Positions 30,283 through 43,504 of a DNA stretch of 61,616 bases are shown here, one piece after another. The first letter of the stretch is position 1, and every line of letters begins with the position of its first letter. Below the pieces are notes generated by a model. That model was not told the origin of the DNA. It did not search any database and was given only the letters and a program-made list of their open reading frames with translations. The DNA is taken from NCBI GenBank assembly GCA_903913965.1, contig CAIWNB010000150.1:1-61616 (forward strand). The letters are read 5' to 3'. Position numbers and translations under genes: made by a program. This stretch comes from an uncultured beta proteobacterium. GTDB lineage: Bacteria > Pseudomonadota > Gammaproteobacteria > Burkholderiales > SG8-41.

Positions 30283-31044
30283 TCATCCGCGCAAAATCGC
30301 GGCACGGCAAATTGCCACAAAATCGTCTGCCAACAACGAAGCGCCACCGATCAACCCGCCATCAATATCAGGCTGCGAAAACAACTCTCCCGCATTACTT
30401 GCTTTGACGCTGCCGCCGTAAAGAATCTTCAACCCAGCGGCGACTACTGCATCAAGCTTACCAATCTTGCTGCGTATAAACGCATGCACCGCTTGCGCCT
30501 GTTCGGGCGATGCTGTTTTACCGGTTCCGATCGCCCACACAGGCTCATAAGCGACCACAGCATTCGCGAGTGAAGCCACACCGCAAACCGACAAAACGGC
30601 GTCTATCTGGCGACCGATGACCGTCTCGGCAAGACCTGACTCGCGCTCCTGCAAACTTTCACCCACGCACAATATGGGAACCAGTCCAGCCGCATTCGAC
30701 GCCGCAAATTTTGCAGCAACAACACTATCACTCTCTGCAAACAAGGCCCGACGCTCAGAGTGTCCGACGATCGCATACTTGGTCGCAAAATCCGTCAGCA
30801 TATCGGCAGTTACTGCCGCAGTATAAGCACCGGCGGCAAACTGACTGACATCCTGAGCCCCCCATGCCACTGTAGAGCCTGACAACACCTGCTGCGCCTG
30901 AGCGATGTATGGGAATGGCACACAAACTGCTACATCAACCCCGCTTATCGCGGGCAAAACAGCGCGAAGTTTGTCAAGCAAAACGGCGTTCGCGGCCAGA
31001 TTGCCATTCGATTTCCAGTTACCGACCACCAGCTTGCCGCGCAT
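30283..31044 (-). CDS. tpiA: triose-phosphate isomerase
   Basis: ATG at 31044 (MRGKLVVGNWKSNG). Has IVGHSERR, AYEPVWAIGTG and GGASL. Confidence 0.92.
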   Translation of the reverse strand: MRGKLVVGNWKSNGNLAANAVLLDKLRAVLPAISGVDVAVCVPFPYIAQAQQVLSGSTVAWGAQDVSQFAAGAYTAAVTADMLTDFATKYAIVGHSERRALFAESDSVVAAKFAASNAAGLVPILCVGESLQERESGLAETVIGRQIDAVLSVCGVASLANAVVAYEPVWAIGTGKTASPEQAQAVHAFIRSKIGKLDAVVAAGLKILYGGSVKASNAGELFSQPDIDGGLIGGASLLADDFVAICRAAILRG

Positions 31045-31158
31045 CGTCCTGCCCACCGTTCAAAACCGACGGATTTTACCGGCCACTGCATACATGGTCA
31101 ATGCAAATCCGCACCTTGGACATACAGAGCACATTGATAACTCGGAATAATCTTTTTG

Positions 31159-32514
31159 CTAGCGCAACTCGGCTCGTATGCGCACCGCATCGGCAATCTC
31201 TTGTGCCCAGCGCTCCACGGTACGTTGCATGCGCCCCTCTACCATCACCCGAACCAGCGGCTCTGTGCCCGAGGCTCGCAATAGCACACGCCCCTTACCT
31301 TTGAGCGCCGCCTCTGCTCTTGCCACAGCACGCTTTACTACCGGGTCAGCAGAAAAATCGAACCTCTCTCGCATGGCTACATTCACCAAAACCTGCGGGT
31401 ATAGCATGAGCCCCGCCGCAGCTTTAGCCAAAGTTACAGCGCCACCACGCAACGCTGCCAGCACCTGTAACGCCGAAACGATTCCGTCGCCCGTGGTGTG
31501 CCGGTCGAGGCATACGATATGCCCTGAATTTTCGCCACCGAGTTGCCATCCGCGCTTCTTGAGCAATTCAAGAACATAGCGATCCCCTACCGCAGCGCGG
31601 GCAAACGGTATCCGCATCTTCGCAAACGCCTCTTCCAAACCAAAATTACTCATCAGGGTTCCAGCAACACCGCCTCGCAAGAGGCTTTGCCGACGGCGAT
31701 CTGCCGCAATCACATAAAGCAAACGATCTCCATCATAAATTTCACCCTTCGCGTCGACCATGACCAGACGGTCGCCATCACCGTCGAGCGCAATACCAAG
31801 GTCAGCGGCTTCGCGCACCACTGCTTTTTGCAACGCGGCAGGGTTTGTGGCGCCGCAAAGATGATTGATATTCATGCCGTCAGGTCGATTGCCAATAGCA
31901 ACCACCTCCGCCCCAAGCTCATGTAACACAGGCTCTGCGACGTGGTAACTCGCACCATTGGCGCTATCAAGAACGATCTTCATTCCACGTAAATCAAGCG
32001 AGGACGGGAAAGTACTCTTGCAAAATTCGATATAACGGCCCGCCGCATCATCTACACGCCGTGCCTTGCCCAAGCCAGACGACTTGCGGGTCTGCATAGG
32101 GCGGTCCAATTCAGCCTCTATGGCCAACTCAATATTGTCTGGCAGCTTGGCACCCTCGCCCGAAAAGAATTTGATTCCGTTGTCGTCAAAAGGATTATGA
32201 GAGGCGCTAATCACAATACCCGCCGACAGGCGCAGCGCCCGCGTCAAATAAGCGACCCCGGGCGTCGGCATCGGCCCGACCAACAGAACATCAACGCCAG
32301 CGGCGGCAAGCCCGGCCTCCAGAGCAGATTCAAGCATATAGCCGGAGATACGGGTGTCCTTACCGATCAAAACCGCCGGACGCTCGCCCTGCTTGCCCTG
32401 TGACGCAAGCACACGACCGGCCGCAAACCCCAAACGCAACACAAAATCCGGTGTGATCGGCGCCTCGCCAACCTTGCCCCGAATACCGTCAGTACCGAAA
32501 TATTTTCTTTTCAT
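31159..32514 (-). CDS. glmM: phosphoglucosamine mutase
   Basis: 451 aa. Starts [13 protein letters not shown], has the active-site SASHNP and the metal site DGDGDR. Confidence 0.93.
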   Translation of the reverse strand: MKRKYFGTDGIRGKVGEAPITPDFVLRLGFAAGRVLASQGKQGERPAVLIGKDTRISGYMLESALEAGLAAAGVDVLLVGPMPTPGVAYLTRALRLSAGIVISASHNPFDDNGIKFFSGEGAKLPDNIELAIEAELDRPMQTRKSSGLGKARRVDDAAGRYIEFCKSTFPSSLDLRGMKIVLDSANGASYHVAEPVLHELGAEVVAIGNRPDGMNINHLCGATNPAALQKAVVREAADLGIALDGDGDRLVMVDAKGEIYDGDRLLYVIAADRRRQSLLRGGVAGTLMSNFGLEEAFAKMRIPFARAAVGDRYVLELLKKRGWQLGGENSGHIVCLDRHTTGDGIVSALQVLAALRGGAVTLAKAAAGLMLYPQVLVNVAMRERFDFSADPVVKRAVARAEAALKGKGRVLLRASGTEPLVRVMVEGRMQRTVERWAQEIADAVRIRAELR

Positions 32515-32550
32515 TTGAATTCCATAATTTTTACAAAAGCGCAGATGCCT

Positions 32551-33384
32551 CTAAGCACTATTGGCACGCACTGCCTGCAAAACCTCAAGGGCATCCCTGG
32601 TCGCTGCGACATCGTGAACACGCAGGATATGCGCGCCATGCTGTGCCGCAATCAGGGCGGCCGCCACGCTACCAAACACCCGCCGATTCTCGGCCCTTCC
32701 GGTAATCTGTCCGAGCATGGACTTGCGCGAAAGGCCTGCCAACAGCGCCACGCCGTGCGGGGCAATAGCCGCCAAACCACGCAACAATTGAAGATTGTGT
32801 TGTAGCGTCTTGCCAAAGCCGAAACCAGGGTCTACGAGCAGTCGATCCCGAGCGACACCCGCCGCACAAGCAGCTGCAACTCGTTCCTCGAGAAATTTGG
32901 CAACCTCGGTAACCGCATTGTCGTAGCGTGGTGCGATTTGCATATTGGCTGGCGTGCCGCGCTTGTGCATCAAGCACACGGCGACAGCACTTCCTGCGAC
33001 GACCTCGACCGATTCGGCGGATTGCAGCGCTTCGATATCATTGATCATGGAGGCACCTGCCGCGACCGCCTCGCGCATCAATGCCGGTTTACGGGTATCA
33101 ACCGATATAGGCACGTTAACGTCCGACAACGCCTCCAACACAGGAAGCACCCGACGTCTCTCTTCCTCCACCGTCACTTCGGCAGCACCGGGTCGGGTCG
33201 ACTCGCCGCCGATATCGATTAAATCGGCGCCTTCCTCGATTAATTGACGGGCATGTGCCACAGCAGAAGTAACCGAGTAGAAATGCCCGCCATCTGAGAA
33301 AGAGTCAGGCGTTACGTTGACGACCCCCATGATCAGGGGTCGTCCTAAATCGAGGCAATATTTGCCGCAACGAAGTGCCATCAT
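32551..33384 (-). CDS. folP: dihydropteroate synthase
   Basis: 277 aa with IMGVVNVTPDSFSDGG, DIGGESTRPG and DPGFGFGKT. Confidence 0.92.
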   Translation of the reverse strand: MMALRCGKYCLDLGRPLIMGVVNVTPDSFSDGGHFYSVTSAVAHARQLIEEGADLIDIGGESTRPGAAEVTVEEERRRVLPVLEALSDVNVPISVDTRKPALMREAVAAGASMINDIEALQSAESVEVVAGSAVAVCLMHKRGTPANMQIAPRYDNAVTEVAKFLEERVAAACAAGVARDRLLVDPGFGFGKTLQHNLQLLRGLAAIAPHGVALLAGLSRKSMLGQITGRAENRRVFGSVAAALIAAQHGAHILRVHDVAATRDALEVLQAVRANSA

Positions 33385-33453
33385 CGCCTGCCCCGGCCAA
33401 CCGGGTTCATCTGACTAAGCAACGACGATCAAACCTGAAAAGTAAAAGGGTAA

Positions 33454-35349
33454 TCAGGTCGCGCCGGTTGCAGCAGTAGCGGCGGCGCTCGGTGGCAAGT
33501 CCCTGGGCGGAACTGCGGCTGTTGGCGCAGCAGGCTTGGGCGGGTGAGGCTCACGCCCTTCCATAATGTCTTTCAACTGGTCGGCGTCGAGCGTCTCCCA
33601 CTCCAGCAGAGTCTTGGCGATTTTCTCGACCTTGTCGCGTGACTCCTCGATTATCTTGCGCGCCACATGGTACTGCTGGTCGATAAACCGGCGAATTTCC
33701 GCATCCACCTTCTGCATTGTGGCTTCAGACATATTCTTGTGTGTTGTCACTGACCGCCCAAGAAAAACTTCGCCCTCATTTTCCCCATAGACGACCGGAC
33801 CAAGAGCGTCGGACATGCCCCACTCGGTTACCATTCGTCGCGCGAGATTCGTCGCATTCTGGAAATCACTGCTCGCACCGGTAGTCATCTGACCGAGAAA
33901 AACCTCCTCGGCAATTCGCCCCCCCAAAGAAACTGAAATATCCTGACACAGGCGCTCGCGGTCTTTTCCGTGACGGTCCTGCTCCGGCAACATCCAGGTC
34001 ACCCCCAGCGCACGACCACGCGGAATAATGGTCACTTTGTGCACCGGATCAGCTTTTGGCAACGTATACGCCACCACTGCGTGCCCCGCCTCATGATAGG
34101 CGGTAGTCACACGCTCGTCTTCAGGCATCACCATCGAGCGGCGTTCCGCCCCCATGAAGATCTTGTCTTTCGCCTGCTCAAAATCATCCATATCAACCAG
34201 GCGTTTGTTCTTACGTGCCGCAAACAACGCTGCCTCATTCACCAAATTGGCGAGATCTGCCCCCGAAAAACCCGGCGTACCACGCGCAATGATCTCGGCC
34301 TTAACGTCAGGTGCCCCAGGAACCTTGCGCATGTGCACAAGCAATATCTGTTCGCGCCCCCTGATATCGGGCAGCGGCACAACCACTTGACGATCAAAGC
34401 GGCCCGGACGCAACAAAGCCGGATCCAGTACGTCCGGACGGTTAGTGGCGGCTATCACAATGACGCCTGCCGCCCCCTCAAAGCCGTCCATCTCGACCAG
34501 CAATTGGTTCAATGTCTGCTCGCGCTCATCATTGCCGCCGCCCAAACCGGCGCCACGCTGACGCCCCACGGCGTCGATCTCATCAATGAAAATAATGCAA
34601 GGCGCCTGTTTTTTCGCCTGTTCAAACATATCGCGAACGCGCGCAGCGCCCACACCAACGAACATTTCGACGAAATCGGACCCGGAAATACTGAAAAAAG
34701 GAACCTTCGCCTCGCCGGAAATAGCCCGTGCGAGCAGCGTCTTGCCAGTGCCTGGGTTGCCCACCATCAAGACACCGCGGGGAATCCGTCCACCAAGCTT
34801 TTGAAACTTGCTAGGATCACGCAAAAACTCAACCAGTTCTGCAACTTCCTCCTTGGCCTCCTCGCAACCGGCAACGTCGGCAAAAGTCACCGTATTGCTG
34901 TTCTCATCCATCATGCGCGCGCGACTCTTACCGAAGGAAAAAGCGCCACCGCGGCCGCCGCCCTGCATCTGCCGCATGAAGAATACCCACACACCGATCA
35001 GCAAGAGCATCGGCCCCCAGGAAAAGAAGAACGCCGAAAGGAAGGACTGTTCCTCCTCGGGTTTCGCATCCACTTTCACACCGGCTTTAAGCAGATCGCT
35101 GACCATCCATAAGTCGCCGAGCGTGCCGGGGCTGTAGGTGACGTATTTGCGCTCATCAATCGCCTGCCAGCGAACCGTGCGCCCTTCCACCAGCGCCGAT
35201 TTAACGCGGCCATTCTTGACCTCGTCCATGAATTGCGAGTACGGCACAACGCTCTGCGCCGACTGGTTCTTGCTGTATTGGTTAAAGACGGTCATCAGCA
35301 CCAGCGCAATAACCAACCACACCGCTACGTTCTTAATCAATTGATTCAA
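33454..35349 (-). CDS. ftsH: ATP-dependent zinc metalloprotease FtsH
   Basis: 631 aa. TTG start with GAGAGG SD. Has Walker A GNPGTGKT, Walker [32 protein letters not shown] and zinc site HEAGH. Confidence 0.93.
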   Translation of the reverse strand: MNQLIKNVAVWLVIALVLMTVFNQYSKNQSAQSVVPYSQFMDEVKNGRVKSALVEGRTVRWQAIDERKYVTYSPGTLGDLWMVSDLLKAGVKVDAKPEEEQSFLSAFFFSWGPMLLLIGVWVFFMRQMQGGGRGGAFSFGKSRARMMDENSNTVTFADVAGCEEAKEEVAELVEFLRDPSKFQKLGGRIPRGVLMVGNPGTGKTLLARAISGEAKVPFFSISGSDFVEMFVGVGAARVRDMFEQAKKQAPCIIFIDEIDAVGRQRGAGLGGGNDEREQTLNQLLVEMDGFEGAAGVIVIAATNRPDVLDPALLRPGRFDRQVVVPLPDIRGREQILLVHMRKVPGAPDVKAEIIARGTPGFSGADLANLVNEAALFAARKNKRLVDMDDFEQAKDKIFMGAERRSMVMPEDERVTTAYHEAGHAVVAYTLPKADPVHKVTIIPRGRALGVTWMLPEQDRHGKDRERLCQDISVSLGGRIAEEVFLGQMTTGASSDFQNATNLARRMVTEWGMSDALGPVVYGENEGEVFLGRSVTTHKNMSEATMQKVDAEIRRFIDQQYHVARKIIEESRDKVEKIAKTLLEWETLDADQLKDIMEGREPHPPKPAAPTAAVPPRDLPPSAAATAATGAT

Positions 35350-35399
35350 GTGCGCCTCTCGCTATTTGCGATAAAAAACAAAGCTTTTCTCCGACAATT

Positions 35400-36071
35400 C
35401 TAAACTCTTTTCTGGAGTTCTGTTGGTTCTCCGCCGGTAACCGCCGGCAGCGTCACACGACATTTGCTCCCCAGCAGATACAGTTCGTTGCTACGGCCCC
35501 GTGAAGCCTCCGGCTTGCGCGCCGAAACCTTCTCAAAACCCCGCTGCATTTCCTTGAAAAACTCTTGAAATCCAGACCCTTGGAACACCTTCACAAGAAA
35601 CGACCCGCCCGGCTTCAAATGTTTTACGGCAAAAGCCAGCGCAAGTTCAGCCAAGTGCATGGCCCGCGCCTGATCGCTCATCGCGATACCGCTGATATTG
35701 GGGGACATATCGCTTAATACAAGGTCTATCGGACGCCCCGCCAGAGCAGCGCTCAACTGTGCCTCAACGGTTTCATCCCGAAAGTCGCCCAGCATGAAGT
35801 TAACGCCAGGCAATGGTTCCATTTCAAGAATATCGAGGGCATAAACCTGCCCACCCGAACCTACTTGGGCGCGCGCAACCTGCGACCACCCGCCTGGCGT
35901 TGCCCCAAGGTCCACCACCGTCATCCCCTGGCGCAGCAATTTATCGCGTTCGGCGATCTCAAGTAATTTATAGGAGGCTCGCGAACGATAACCTTCACTG
36001 CGGGCACGTTTGACGTATACGTCATTCATATGCTCCCGCATCCATTGATGACTCGTTTTTGAGCGTTTCAT
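35400..36071 (-). CDS. rlmE: 23S rRNA (uridine2552-2'-O)-methyltransferase RlmE/FtsJ
   Basis: 223 aa with YRSRASYKL and [12 protein letters not shown], immediately upstream of ftsH. Confidence 0.9.
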   Translation of the reverse strand: MKRSKTSHQWMREHMNDVYVKRARSEGYRSRASYKLLEIAERDKLLRQGMTVVDLGATPGGWSQVARAQVGSGGQVYALDILEMEPLPGVNFMLGDFRDETVEAQLSAALAGRPIDLVLSDMSPNISGIAMSDQARAMHLAELALAFAVKHLKPGGSFLVKVFQGSGFQEFFKEMQRGFEKVSARKPEASRGRSNELYLLGSKCRVTLPAVTGGEPTELQKRV

Positions 36072-36228
36072 TGAATATCATTTCCGGCGTTGAAAAACGG
36101 TGACATAAAACGCCAGCGGCACAGCCCTGACCCGCAATACAAAACACATCGTTGGTTAGTCCCAATACCTTGTTTTGCCGGCGCCATACGCCCGCCAACG
36201 CCACAACCTGTTAGACTCCGGCGCAATC

Positions 36229-36579
36229 ATGATACTAGAACTCACATCAGCACAACGCCGCGAACTGCGTGCCCGCGCACACTCTCTCAATCCGGTAGTC
36301 ATGGTCAGCGAAGGGGGGCTTACCGCCACCGTTCTGCAGGAAATTGACCGCAGCCTCGACAGCCACGAACTGATCAAAGTCCGGATTTTCTCGGACGAGC
36401 ACGCAACGCGCACCGCGTTGCAGCAAGAGTTGTGCGAAACACTTTCTGCGGCCCCTGTGCAGCACATCGGCAAAATTCTGGTCGTATATCGACCGCATCC
36501 AGACAAGCCCGAGGCCGCAAAAAAACAGGTGCGAAAACGCAAAAAACCGCGTCGCACCAAACGCAGCTACCAAGGCTAA
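36229..36579 (+). CDS. yhbY: YhbY-like CRM-domain RNA-binding protein
   Basis: ATG at 36229 (MILELTSAQRRELRARAHSLNPVVMVSEGGLT). Divergent from rlmE, as in many proteobacteria. Confidence 0.8.
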   Translation: MILELTSAQRRELRARAHSLNPVVMVSEGGLTATVLQEIDRSLDSHELIKVRIFSDEHATRTALQQELCETLSAAPVQHIGKILVVYRPHPDKPEAAKKQVRKRKKPRRTKRSYQG

Positions 36580-37037
36580 GACGGGTCTCTTCCCTGCAGC
36601 CAAACCAGGAGCAGGGCGAGGCAGCACTCGATCAGATACAAGACGCTGGCAACCCCGTGCCAGGTTGAAAAACGGTCGCGAAACACGCTCTCCATCACCT
36701 CCGCCGGCAAGGCCTGCTCTTTGATCGCAGCGAGTATGGGTTGCACGCCATATTGCCCGGCAATAATGAGCACCAACATCAGAGCGACGATCCAAAAACG
36801 ACCGTGCTTCAGCCCTTTTGCACCGAACCGAAACAATCGGAAGAGGAGCAAATACACAGCACATCCGATCCCGAGGTATGACACCAGCGTAAACAACTTG
36901 CCGGCGATACTGCCTGCCAGTGCGCGGTCGCCCAGCGAATAAAAAAGTGTCGGCGCGACCAGCAATCCCACAGCCCACAGACTGCCTATCCACAATGTCA
37001 GGGCGATTGCATGCAATCCGTCGGCAATGCTGCGCAT
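36576..37037 (-). CDS. DUF4149 (TMEM205-like) membrane protein
   Basis: 153 aa with four hydrophobic segments. It starts 3 nt after the greA stop. Confidence 0.65.
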   Translation of the reverse strand: MRSIADGLHAIALTLWIGSLWAVGLLVAPTLFYSLGDRALAGSIAGKLFTLVSYLGIGCAVYLLLFRLFRFGAKGLKHGRFWIVALMLVLIIAGQYGVQPILAAIKEQALPAEVMESVFRDRFSTWHGVASVLYLIECCLALLLVWLQGRDPS

Positions 37038-37039
37038 GG

Positions 37040-37516
37040 CTAGACGTACTTAACCTCGATAATTTCGAAACTGCGCACGCCACTAGGTGCCTGCACATCC
37101 GCAATATCACCTTCAGACTTACCGATCAGCGCGCGCGCAATCGGCGAGCTGATTGAAATCTTGCCCGCCTTGATATCCGCCTCGTCATCACCAACGATCT
37201 GATAAGTTACCGAATCACCCGTGGTCTGATCCTCAAGCTCAATGGTGGCGCCGAATACACAGCGCCCATCAGCGTCCAGCGTCGCGGGATCAATCACCTG
37301 TGCGTTGGACAACTTGCTCTCAATCTCGGCAATACGCCCCTCAATAAAGCTCTGGCGCTCCTTGGCCGCGGCATATTCTGCGTTCTCCGAAAGATCGCCA
37401 TGCGCCCTCGCCTCAGCAATAGCGGCAATAATTTGCGGTCGGCGTACTGATTTCAGCTCATGCAATTCAGCACGCAGCTTTTCAGAACCCTTGATTGTCA
37501 GCGGTATCTTGCCCAT
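37040..37516 (-). CDS. greA: transcription elongation factor GreA
   Basis: 158 aa with coiled-coil N-terminus ([13 protein letters not shown]) and [14 protein letters not shown]. Confidence 0.92.
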   Translation of the reverse strand: MGKIPLTIKGSEKLRAELHELKSVRRPQIIAAIAEARAHGDLSENAEYAAAKERQSFIEGRIAEIESKLSNAQVIDPATLDADGRCVFGATIELEDQTTGDSVTYQIVGDDEADIKAGKISISSPIARALIGKSEGDIADVQAPSGVRSFEIIEVKYV

Positions 37517-37542
37517 GGTGGTCCCCGTATCCCAGTGTAGTC

Positions 37543-40500
37543 TCAGCGAACCATCTCGGTGATGCGCGCATGCAAACCCTGCAAATCGTAAGCCTGAAGG
37601 TCACGCGATTGCTGCATGCCGGTACAGGCCGCACGCGCACCCGCCAAAGTCGTGTAGACCGTAATACGACTCTGGAGCGCGGCACGCCGGATGGCGTAGG
37701 AGTCGCGCACAGCGGCACGTTTATCCTCGACCGTATTAACGATCAGCGAAATTTCACCGTTTTTGATCATATCAAGAACATGCGGCCGCCCTTCGGCAAC
37801 CTTGTTCACTGCCGTGACCGCGATACCTGCGGCCATCAAGGCAGAAGCGGTGCCGCGCGTGGCGATCAACTGAAATCCGAGCGCGATCAATTCCCGGGCA
37901 ATAGGTACTACGGCCTGCTTGTCAGGATCGCGCACGCTAACGAATACATTCCCCGAAACCGGCAGACGATCTCCAGCCCCCAGTTGGGACTTGAAAAACG
38001 CCTCGCCAAATGTTGCGCCGACCCCCATAACCTCGCCCGTCGACTTCATTTCCGGGCCAAGTATGGTGTCTGCACCGGGAAACTTGATGAAGGGGAATAC
38101 AGCCTCTTTCACGCAGAAATAAGGCGGCACCACCTCATGCAGACGCTTTTGCTCAGCCAGCGAGATGCCTGCCATGCAACGTGCGGCTATCTTTGCCAGA
38201 GGCTGCCCGATCGCCTTCGATACAAACGGTACCGTACGCGAAGCCCGGGGATTAACCTCAAGCACGTAGATGACATCCGCACCGCCGGCTTCGGGATTTT
38301 TCTGAATGGCGAACTGCACATTCATCAAACCGACCACCTTCAGGGCGTGCGCCATGGCAACGGTCTGCCGGCGCAACTCGTCCTGCACGGCAGGCGACAG
38401 GCTGAACGGCGGCAGCGAGCACGCCGAATCGCCTGAGTGAACGCCAGCCTGCTCAATATGCTCCATGATGCCGCCGATCAAAACATCCTTGCCGTCGCAA
38501 ATCGCGTCGACATCGACTTCGGTTGCATCGTTCAGAAAACGATCCAGCAGCACCGGCGAATCATTCGATACCTTGACCGCCTCGCGCATATAGCGCTCGA
38601 GTTCACTTTGCTCGTGAACGATCTCCATTGCGCGGCCACCCAACACGTAAGAGGGGCGCACTACCAACGGATAGCCGATTTCCGCCGCCAGTGCGAGCGC
38701 CTTTTGACTGCTGCGCGCGGTGCGGTTAGGCGGCTGCTTGAGCTTCAACTTGTGCAGCAGTTTCTGGAAACGCTCGCGATCTTCAGCGACATCGATTGAG
38801 TCCGGCGAGGTACCGATAATGGGCACGCCATTGGCCTCGAGATCACGTGCCAGCTTGAGCGGCGTCTGACCACCGTATTGCACAATCACGCCAAACGGCT
38901 TTTCGACGTGCACGATCTCCAGCACATCCTCGAGCGTCACCGGCTCGAAATACAGCCGATCCGAGGTGTCATAGTCGGTTGACACCGTTTCAGGATTGCA
39001 GTTCACCATGATCGTTTCGAAGCCGTCCTCGCGCAGCGCCAGCGAGGCATGCACGCAACAGTAGTCGAACTCGATGCCCTGCCCGATGCGGTTGGGTCCG
39101 CCGCCGAGGACGATGATTTTTTTGCGGTCAGTCGGCTGCGACTCGCACTCTTCCTCATAGGTTGAGTACATGTAAGCGGTACGGGTGGAAAATTCCCCGG
39201 CACAAGTGTCGACGCGTTTGTAGACGGGGCGTATCCCCATCGCGTGCCGATAAGAGCGCACCGCCGCTTCCGTGGTCTTCAACAAATGGGCCAACCGGCG
39301 GTCGGCGAATCCCTTACGCTTTAACATGCGTACCGTCAGCACATCCAGCTCTTCAAGCTTGCGCGTCTCGAGATCCATTTCGAGATCAACAATTTCCTTG
39401 ATCTGCGTGAGGAACCAGAGGTCGATTTTCGTCAGCTGATGGACTTCCTCCAGCGTGAATCCATTTTCAAAGGCGTCACCGACATACCAAATACGCTCAG
39501 GCCCCGGCTCGCCGAGTTCCTTCTCGATAATCTCGCGATCAGTGGTTTTCTGGTTGAGGCCGTCGGCACCAACCTCGAGTCCGCGCAATGCCTTCTGGAA
39601 TGACTCCTGGAAAGTGCGGCCCATCGCCATCACCTCACCGACCGATTTCATCTGCGTGGTCAGCCGATCATTGGCCTGCGGGAATTTCTCGAAGGCAAAC
39701 CGCGGCACCTTCGTCACAACATAATCGATGGTCGGCTCAAACGACGCCGGCGTTGCACCACCGGTAATGTCATTACTCAGCTCGTCAAGCGTATAACCAA
39801 TGGCCAGTTTTGCCGCCACCTTGGCGATCGGAAAGCCCGTGGCCTTCGAGGCCAGCGCCGATGAACGCGACACGCGCGGGTTCATCTCAATGATCAACAT
39901 GCGCCCATCGGCCGGATTAATCGCAAACTGCACGTTCGAACCACCGGTATCGACGCCGATCTCGCGCAGACAAGCGATCGAGGCGTCGCGCATGATCTGA
40001 TATTCCTTGTCGGTCAGCGTCTGCGCCGGCGCTACCGTGATCGAGTCCCCTGTGTGCACACCCATCGGGTCGAGGTTCTCAATCGAACAAATAATGATGC
40101 AGTTGTCCTTGCTATCCCGCACCACCTCCATCTCGTATTCTTTCCAACCGATCACAGATTCTTCGATCAGCACTTCCTTGGTCGGCGAGGCATCAAGACC
40201 GCCGCTGCAGATGGAGATGAATTCTTCGCGGTTATAGGCAATACCGCCACCGGTGCCGCCGAGCGTAAACGACGGCCGGATGATGGTTGGAAAACCCACC
40301 ACAGCCTGCACCTGCAGCGCCTCTTCGAGGCTGTGTGCAATCGCCGAACGCGCCGAATCAAGCCCGATCTTCTTCATCGCCTGCTTGAACTTCTCACGAT
40401 CCTCGGCCTTGTCGATCGCCTCTTTTTTCGCGCCGATCATCTCGACGCCATACTTGTCGAGCACGCCATGCTTGGCGAGATCAAGAGCGCAATTCAACGC

Positions 40501-40782
40501 GGTTTGCCCACCCATGGTCGGCAGCAACGCGTCCGGACGCTCGATTGCGATAACTTTTTCGACCATGCGCCAGGTCACGGGCTCGATGTAGGTCGCGTCA
40601 GCCATATTCGGGTCCGTCATGATAGTGGCCGGATTCGAGTTGACCAGAATCACGCGATAACCCTCTTCGCGCAGCGCCTTGCAGGCCTGTGCGCCCGAGT
40701 AATCGAATTCGCAGGCCTGACCGATGACGATCGGACCGGCGCCGATGATTAATACACTCTTGATGTCTGTACGTTTTGGCAT
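37543..40782 (-). CDS. carB: carbamoyl-phosphate synthase large subunit
   Basis: 1079 aa. Starts [30 protein letters not shown], with duplicated ATP-grasp halves. Confidence 0.95.
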   Translation of the reverse strand: MPKRTDIKSVLIIGAGPIVIGQACEFDYSGAQACKALREEGYRVILVNSNPATIMTDPNMADATYIEPVTWRMVEKVIAIERPDALLPTMGGQTALNCALDLAKHGVLDKYGVEMIGAKKEAIDKAEDREKFKQAMKKIGLDSARSAIAHSLEEALQVQAVVGFPTIIRPSFTLGGTGGGIAYNREEFISICSGGLDASPTKEVLIEESVIGWKEYEMEVVRDSKDNCIIICSIENLDPMGVHTGDSITVAPAQTLTDKEYQIMRDASIACLREIGVDTGGSNVQFAINPADGRMLIIEMNPRVSRSSALASKATGFPIAKVAAKLAIGYTLDELSNDITGGATPASFEPTIDYVVTKVPRFAFEKFPQANDRLTTQMKSVGEVMAMGRTFQESFQKALRGLEVGADGLNQKTTDREIIEKELGEPGPERIWYVGDAFENGFTLEEVHQLTKIDLWFLTQIKEIVDLEMDLETRKLEELDVLTVRMLKRKGFADRRLAHLLKTTEAAVRSYRHAMGIRPVYKRVDTCAGEFSTRTAYMYSTYEEECESQPTDRKKIIVLGGGPNRIGQGIEFDYCCVHASLALREDGFETIMVNCNPETVSTDYDTSDRLYFEPVTLEDVLEIVHVEKPFGVIVQYGGQTPLKLARDLEANGVPIIGTSPDSIDVAEDRERFQKLLHKLKLKQPPNRTARSSQKALALAAEIGYPLVVRPSYVLGGRAMEIVHEQSELERYMREAVKVSNDSPVLLDRFLNDATEVDVDAICDGKDVLIGGIMEHIEQAGVHSGDSACSLPPFSLSPAVQDELRRQTVAMAHALKVVGLMNVQFAIQKNPEAGGADVIYVLEVNPRASRTVPFVSKAIGQPLAKIAARCMAGISLAEQKRLHEVVPPYFCVKEAVFPFIKFPGADTILGPEMKSTGEVMGVGATFGEAFFKSQLGAGDRLPVSGNVFVSVRDPDKQAVVPIARELIALGFQLIATRGTASALMAAGIAVTAVNKVAEGRPHVLDMIKNGEISLIVNTVEDKRAAVRDSYAIRRAALQSRITVYTTLAGARAACTGMQQSRDLQAYDLQGLHARITEMVR

Positions 40783-40783
40783 T

Positions 40784-41941
40784 TCAGACTGTCGCCTGTT
40801 TGCGGTGTTCTTCGATCAACGCCACGAAGCGGTCAAAGAGATAACCGATATCCTGCGGCCCTGGACTCGCCTCGGGATGCCCTTGAAAACAAAACGCCGG
40901 ACGATCGGTGCGGGTAAACCCCTGCAGCGTGCCATCGAACAGCGACTTGTGCGTGACACGCGTATTGGCCGGCAGCGTACTCGCATCGACGGCAAAACCG
41001 TGGTTCTGACTGGTAATCGCCACCCTGCCGCTGTCCAAATCCTGCACCGGATGGTTGGCGCCGTGATGACCGAATTTCATTTTCAATGTTTTCGCACCGC
41101 TGGCGAGCGCGAGCAGTTGATGACCGAGACAGATACCGAACACCGGAATGCCGGTATCCACAATTTCGCGTATCGCCTTGATCGCGTAATCGCAGGGCTC
41201 CGGATCACCTGGACCGTTAGACAAAAAGACGCCATCGGGATGGCGCGCCAAGACCTCGCTGGCAGGCGTCTGCGCGGGAACCACTTCAATGGCGCATCCG
41301 CGTGCAGCCAGCATGCGCAGAATATTGCTCTTAATACCGAAATCGTAGGCGACAACCTTGTATTGGGGCTGGTCTTGACTGCCGTAACCACGCCCCAAGG
41401 CCCAAGTCGTTTCTTTCCACGAATAAGGTGTTTTGCAGCTAACAACCTTGGCGAGATCCATACCGGCTAGGCCGGGAAACGCACCGGCCAGACGCAGGGC
41501 TTCTGCGTCATCCATGGCGGACAGCTGTTTGCCCGCCATTACGCACCCCTCCTGCGCACCGCTCTCGCGCAAAATACGCGTCAATTTGCGAGTGTCGATT
41601 TCCGCGATGGCAACCACATTATTGGCACGGAGGTAAGCGGATAAATCCATCGTGTTGCGAAAATTGCTCGCATATCGCGGCAGATCACGGATCACCAATC
41701 CGGCCGCGTACACCTTGCTGGACTCGACATCTTCGGGGTTGGTACCGGTATTTCCGATATGCGGATAGGTCAGCGTGACAATCTGGCGGCAATAGGAAGG
41801 ATCCGTGAGGATTTCCTGATAACCGGTCATCGAAGTATTAAAAACCACTTCGCCCACGGAATGACCCGTGGCGCCGATGGATATACCGCGGAAAACCGTA
41901 CCATTTTTGAGGACAAGAATGGCTGGCTCGTGTTGCGGCAC
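40784..41941 (-). CDS. carA: carbamoyl-phosphate synthase small subunit
   Basis: I chose the GTG at 41941, preceded by GGGAG 6 nt upstream. That gives 385 aa starting [15 protein letters not shown], collinear with E. coli CarA. The 417-aa ORF-track start adds an unconserved extension. The glutaminase site is GICLGHQ. Confidence 0.9.
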   Translation of the reverse strand: MPQHEPAILVLKNGTVFRGISIGATGHSVGEVVFNTSMTGYQEILTDPSYCRQIVTLTYPHIGNTGTNPEDVESSKVYAAGLVIRDLPRYASNFRNTMDLSAYLRANNVVAIAEIDTRKLTRILRESGAQEGCVMAGKQLSAMDDAEALRLAGAFPGLAGMDLAKVVSCKTPYSWKETTWALGRGYGSQDQPQYKVVAYDFGIKSNILRMLAARGCAIEVVPAQTPASEVLARHPDGVFLSNGPGDPEPCDYAIKAIREIVDTGIPVFGICLGHQLLALASGAKTLKMKFGHHGANHPVQDLDSGRVAITSQNHGFAVDASTLPANTRVTHKSLFDGTLQGFTRTDRPAFCFQGHPEASPGPQDIGYLFDRFVALIEEHRKQATV

Positions 41942-42173
41942 TTGTAACTCCCGGAGTAGATATGGAAAGCGGGACAGGTCATGGACCCGTCCCGCTTCGA
42001 TCGCGTCGATTATACGCGAAAGCCTCCCCGCAGACAATCTCGACGCGGCTAGCGACTCCCGTCAAGCGCCTGATTCAGCATCCTAATCAATGGCATCGCT
42101 TGCCCCCGCCGCACCGCAAACGGCCCTCTAAAGCAACAGGCGAAACACCACCAAACGCGTAGGGCACGCAGTT

Positions 42174-42980
42174 TTAACGCAGCCCGAGGACGTCCTGCAT
42201 GTCGAATAACCCGCACTTCTTCTCCGCCAGAAACCAGGCGGCGCGCAAAGCGCCCTGCGCATAAGTGGCGCGGCTGCCCGAACGGACGATAATTTCCACG
42301 CGCTCGCCGGGGCCAGCAAACATCACGGTGTGTTCGCCCACAATGTCACCACCGCGCACCGTGGCAAAGCCGATCGTGGAACTTTTGCGCTCGCCGGTCA
42401 CACCTTCCCGACCATAGACTGCACATTCATCGAGATTACGGTCGAGCGCTTTGGCGACGATGCCACCAATATGCAGCGCGGTACCCGAGGGCGCATCCAC
42501 TTTATGACGGTGGTGGGCCTCGATAATTTCGACGTCGTAACCGTCTTTCAAAACGCCCGCGGCTATTTCCGAGAGCTTGAAAACCAGATTGGTGCCCACG
42601 CTCATATTCGGCGCCATGACGATCCCGATATCCTGCGCTGCCTCGGCAATAGTCTTTTTTTGCGACTCGCTAAAGCCGGTAGTGCCGATCACCAGATTGA
42701 CGCCGAGCTTGCGGCAAGCGGCCAGATGCACCAGCGTTCCTTCGGGGCGCGTAAAGTCGATCAGCGCAGAACAACCGGCAATGGCTGCATCAATATCCGC
42801 ACTCACCAGTACGTCAGACATTGCACCGATCATTTCACCTGCATTTTTCCCCAGACTCGGGCTATCAACCACTTCCAACGCGCCGCCCAATTCGGTATCT
42901 GCGCCCTGCAGCACGGCTTCAAGAAGTGCCCGCCCCATGCGGCCGGAACTGCCCGCCACCGCGATTTTGATTTTTTTCAT
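42174..42980 (-). CDS. dapB: 4-hydroxy-tetrahydrodipicolinate reductase
   Basis: 268 aa with [16 protein letters not shown] and [15 protein letters not shown]. Confidence 0.92.
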   Translation of the reverse strand: MKKIKIAVAGSSGRMGRALLEAVLQGADTELGGALEVVDSPSLGKNAGEMIGAMSDVLVSADIDAAIAGCSALIDFTRPEGTLVHLAACRKLGVNLVIGTTGFSESQKKTIAEAAQDIGIVMAPNMSVGTNLVFKLSEIAAGVLKDGYDVEIIEAHHRHKVDAPSGTALHIGGIVAKALDRNLDECAVYGREGVTGERKSSTIGFATVRGGDIVGEHTVMFAGPGERVEIIVRSGSRATYAQGALRAAWFLAEKKCGLFDMQDVLGLR

Positions 42981-42991
42981 TGCCCGATTTC

Positions 42992-43504
42992 CTAGAAGCC
43001 CAATTTATTCAGCATCCGACTGAAGAACCCTGGCTGCGGCGCCTCATTCGCCGCCTCTTTATTGGCGGGATCAGCCTTCTTTGCGTCCGCAGCCGCGTTT
43101 TCTGCAGCCTGCTTCTGCGTTGCCTGGGCGGCTTTATCGCTGCCCGCCACAAACACATCACCCTCGATACTGGCCAACTTTTCATCGGCAAAAATAATCG
43201 TCACGCGACGGCGCTCAACCGCTTTGCCCTGACTCTGAAAAGTGGACACATAATCCCAGCGATTAGCCCTGAAGGGATCCACCACCAACGGCGAACCCAA
43301 TACAAACTTAACCTGCGCTGGAGTCATCCCCGCCTTGAGTTTGGACAACATTTCCTGAGTGATGACATTACCCTGCTGAATATCAATTTTGTAAGGACTG
43401 ATAATCGCCGGCAATTCCGGCGCCTGCTTGCAGCCACCGCAAAAAACAACCAAGACTGCAACAGACACAGTCACGCCCAGCTTGCTTCGGCGATCGAATT
43501 GCAT
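42992..43504 (-). CDS. bamE: outer membrane protein assembly factor BamE (SmpA/OmlA lipoprotein)
   Basis: ATG at 43504, signal sequence ending in Cys (VFCGGC). Has the [29 protein letters not shown] motif. Located between dapB and fur. Confidence 0.8.
   Translation of the reverse strand: MQFDRRSKLGVTVSVAVLVVFCGGCKQAPELPAIISPYKIDIQQGNVITQEMLSKLKAGMTPAQVKFVLGSPLVVDPFRANRWDYVSTFQSQGKAVERRRVTIIFADEKLASIEGDVFVAGSDKAAQATQKQAAENAAADAKKADPANKEAANEAPQPGFFSRMLNKLGF

Noticed and set aside
37495-38436. Long ORFs antisense to, or out of frame within, confirmed genes. Examples: 37495-38436 and 40054-40752 in carB, 44581-45612 in recN, 33970-35112 in ftsH, 19635-20696 in nuoG, 4756-6003 in iorB, 51976-53019 in dnaJ, 36247-37110 over yhbY/DUF4149, and 49853-50500 in dnaK.
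   Set aside because: These are typical GC-rich shadow ORFs. Their translations are Arg/Ala/Pro/Gly-rich and low in complexity with no recognisable motifs. Each lies fully inside a gene with unmistakable family signatures on the other strand or frame.
41942-42037. 32-aa N-terminal extension of carA in the ORF track. Similar extensions occur on nuoF, nuoG, nuoI, frdA, frdC, frdD, dsbB, nadK, xdhC and hemH.
   Set aside because: The extensions are unconserved relative to well-known homologues. In each case an internal start gives tight coupling or an SD, so I used the shorter models.
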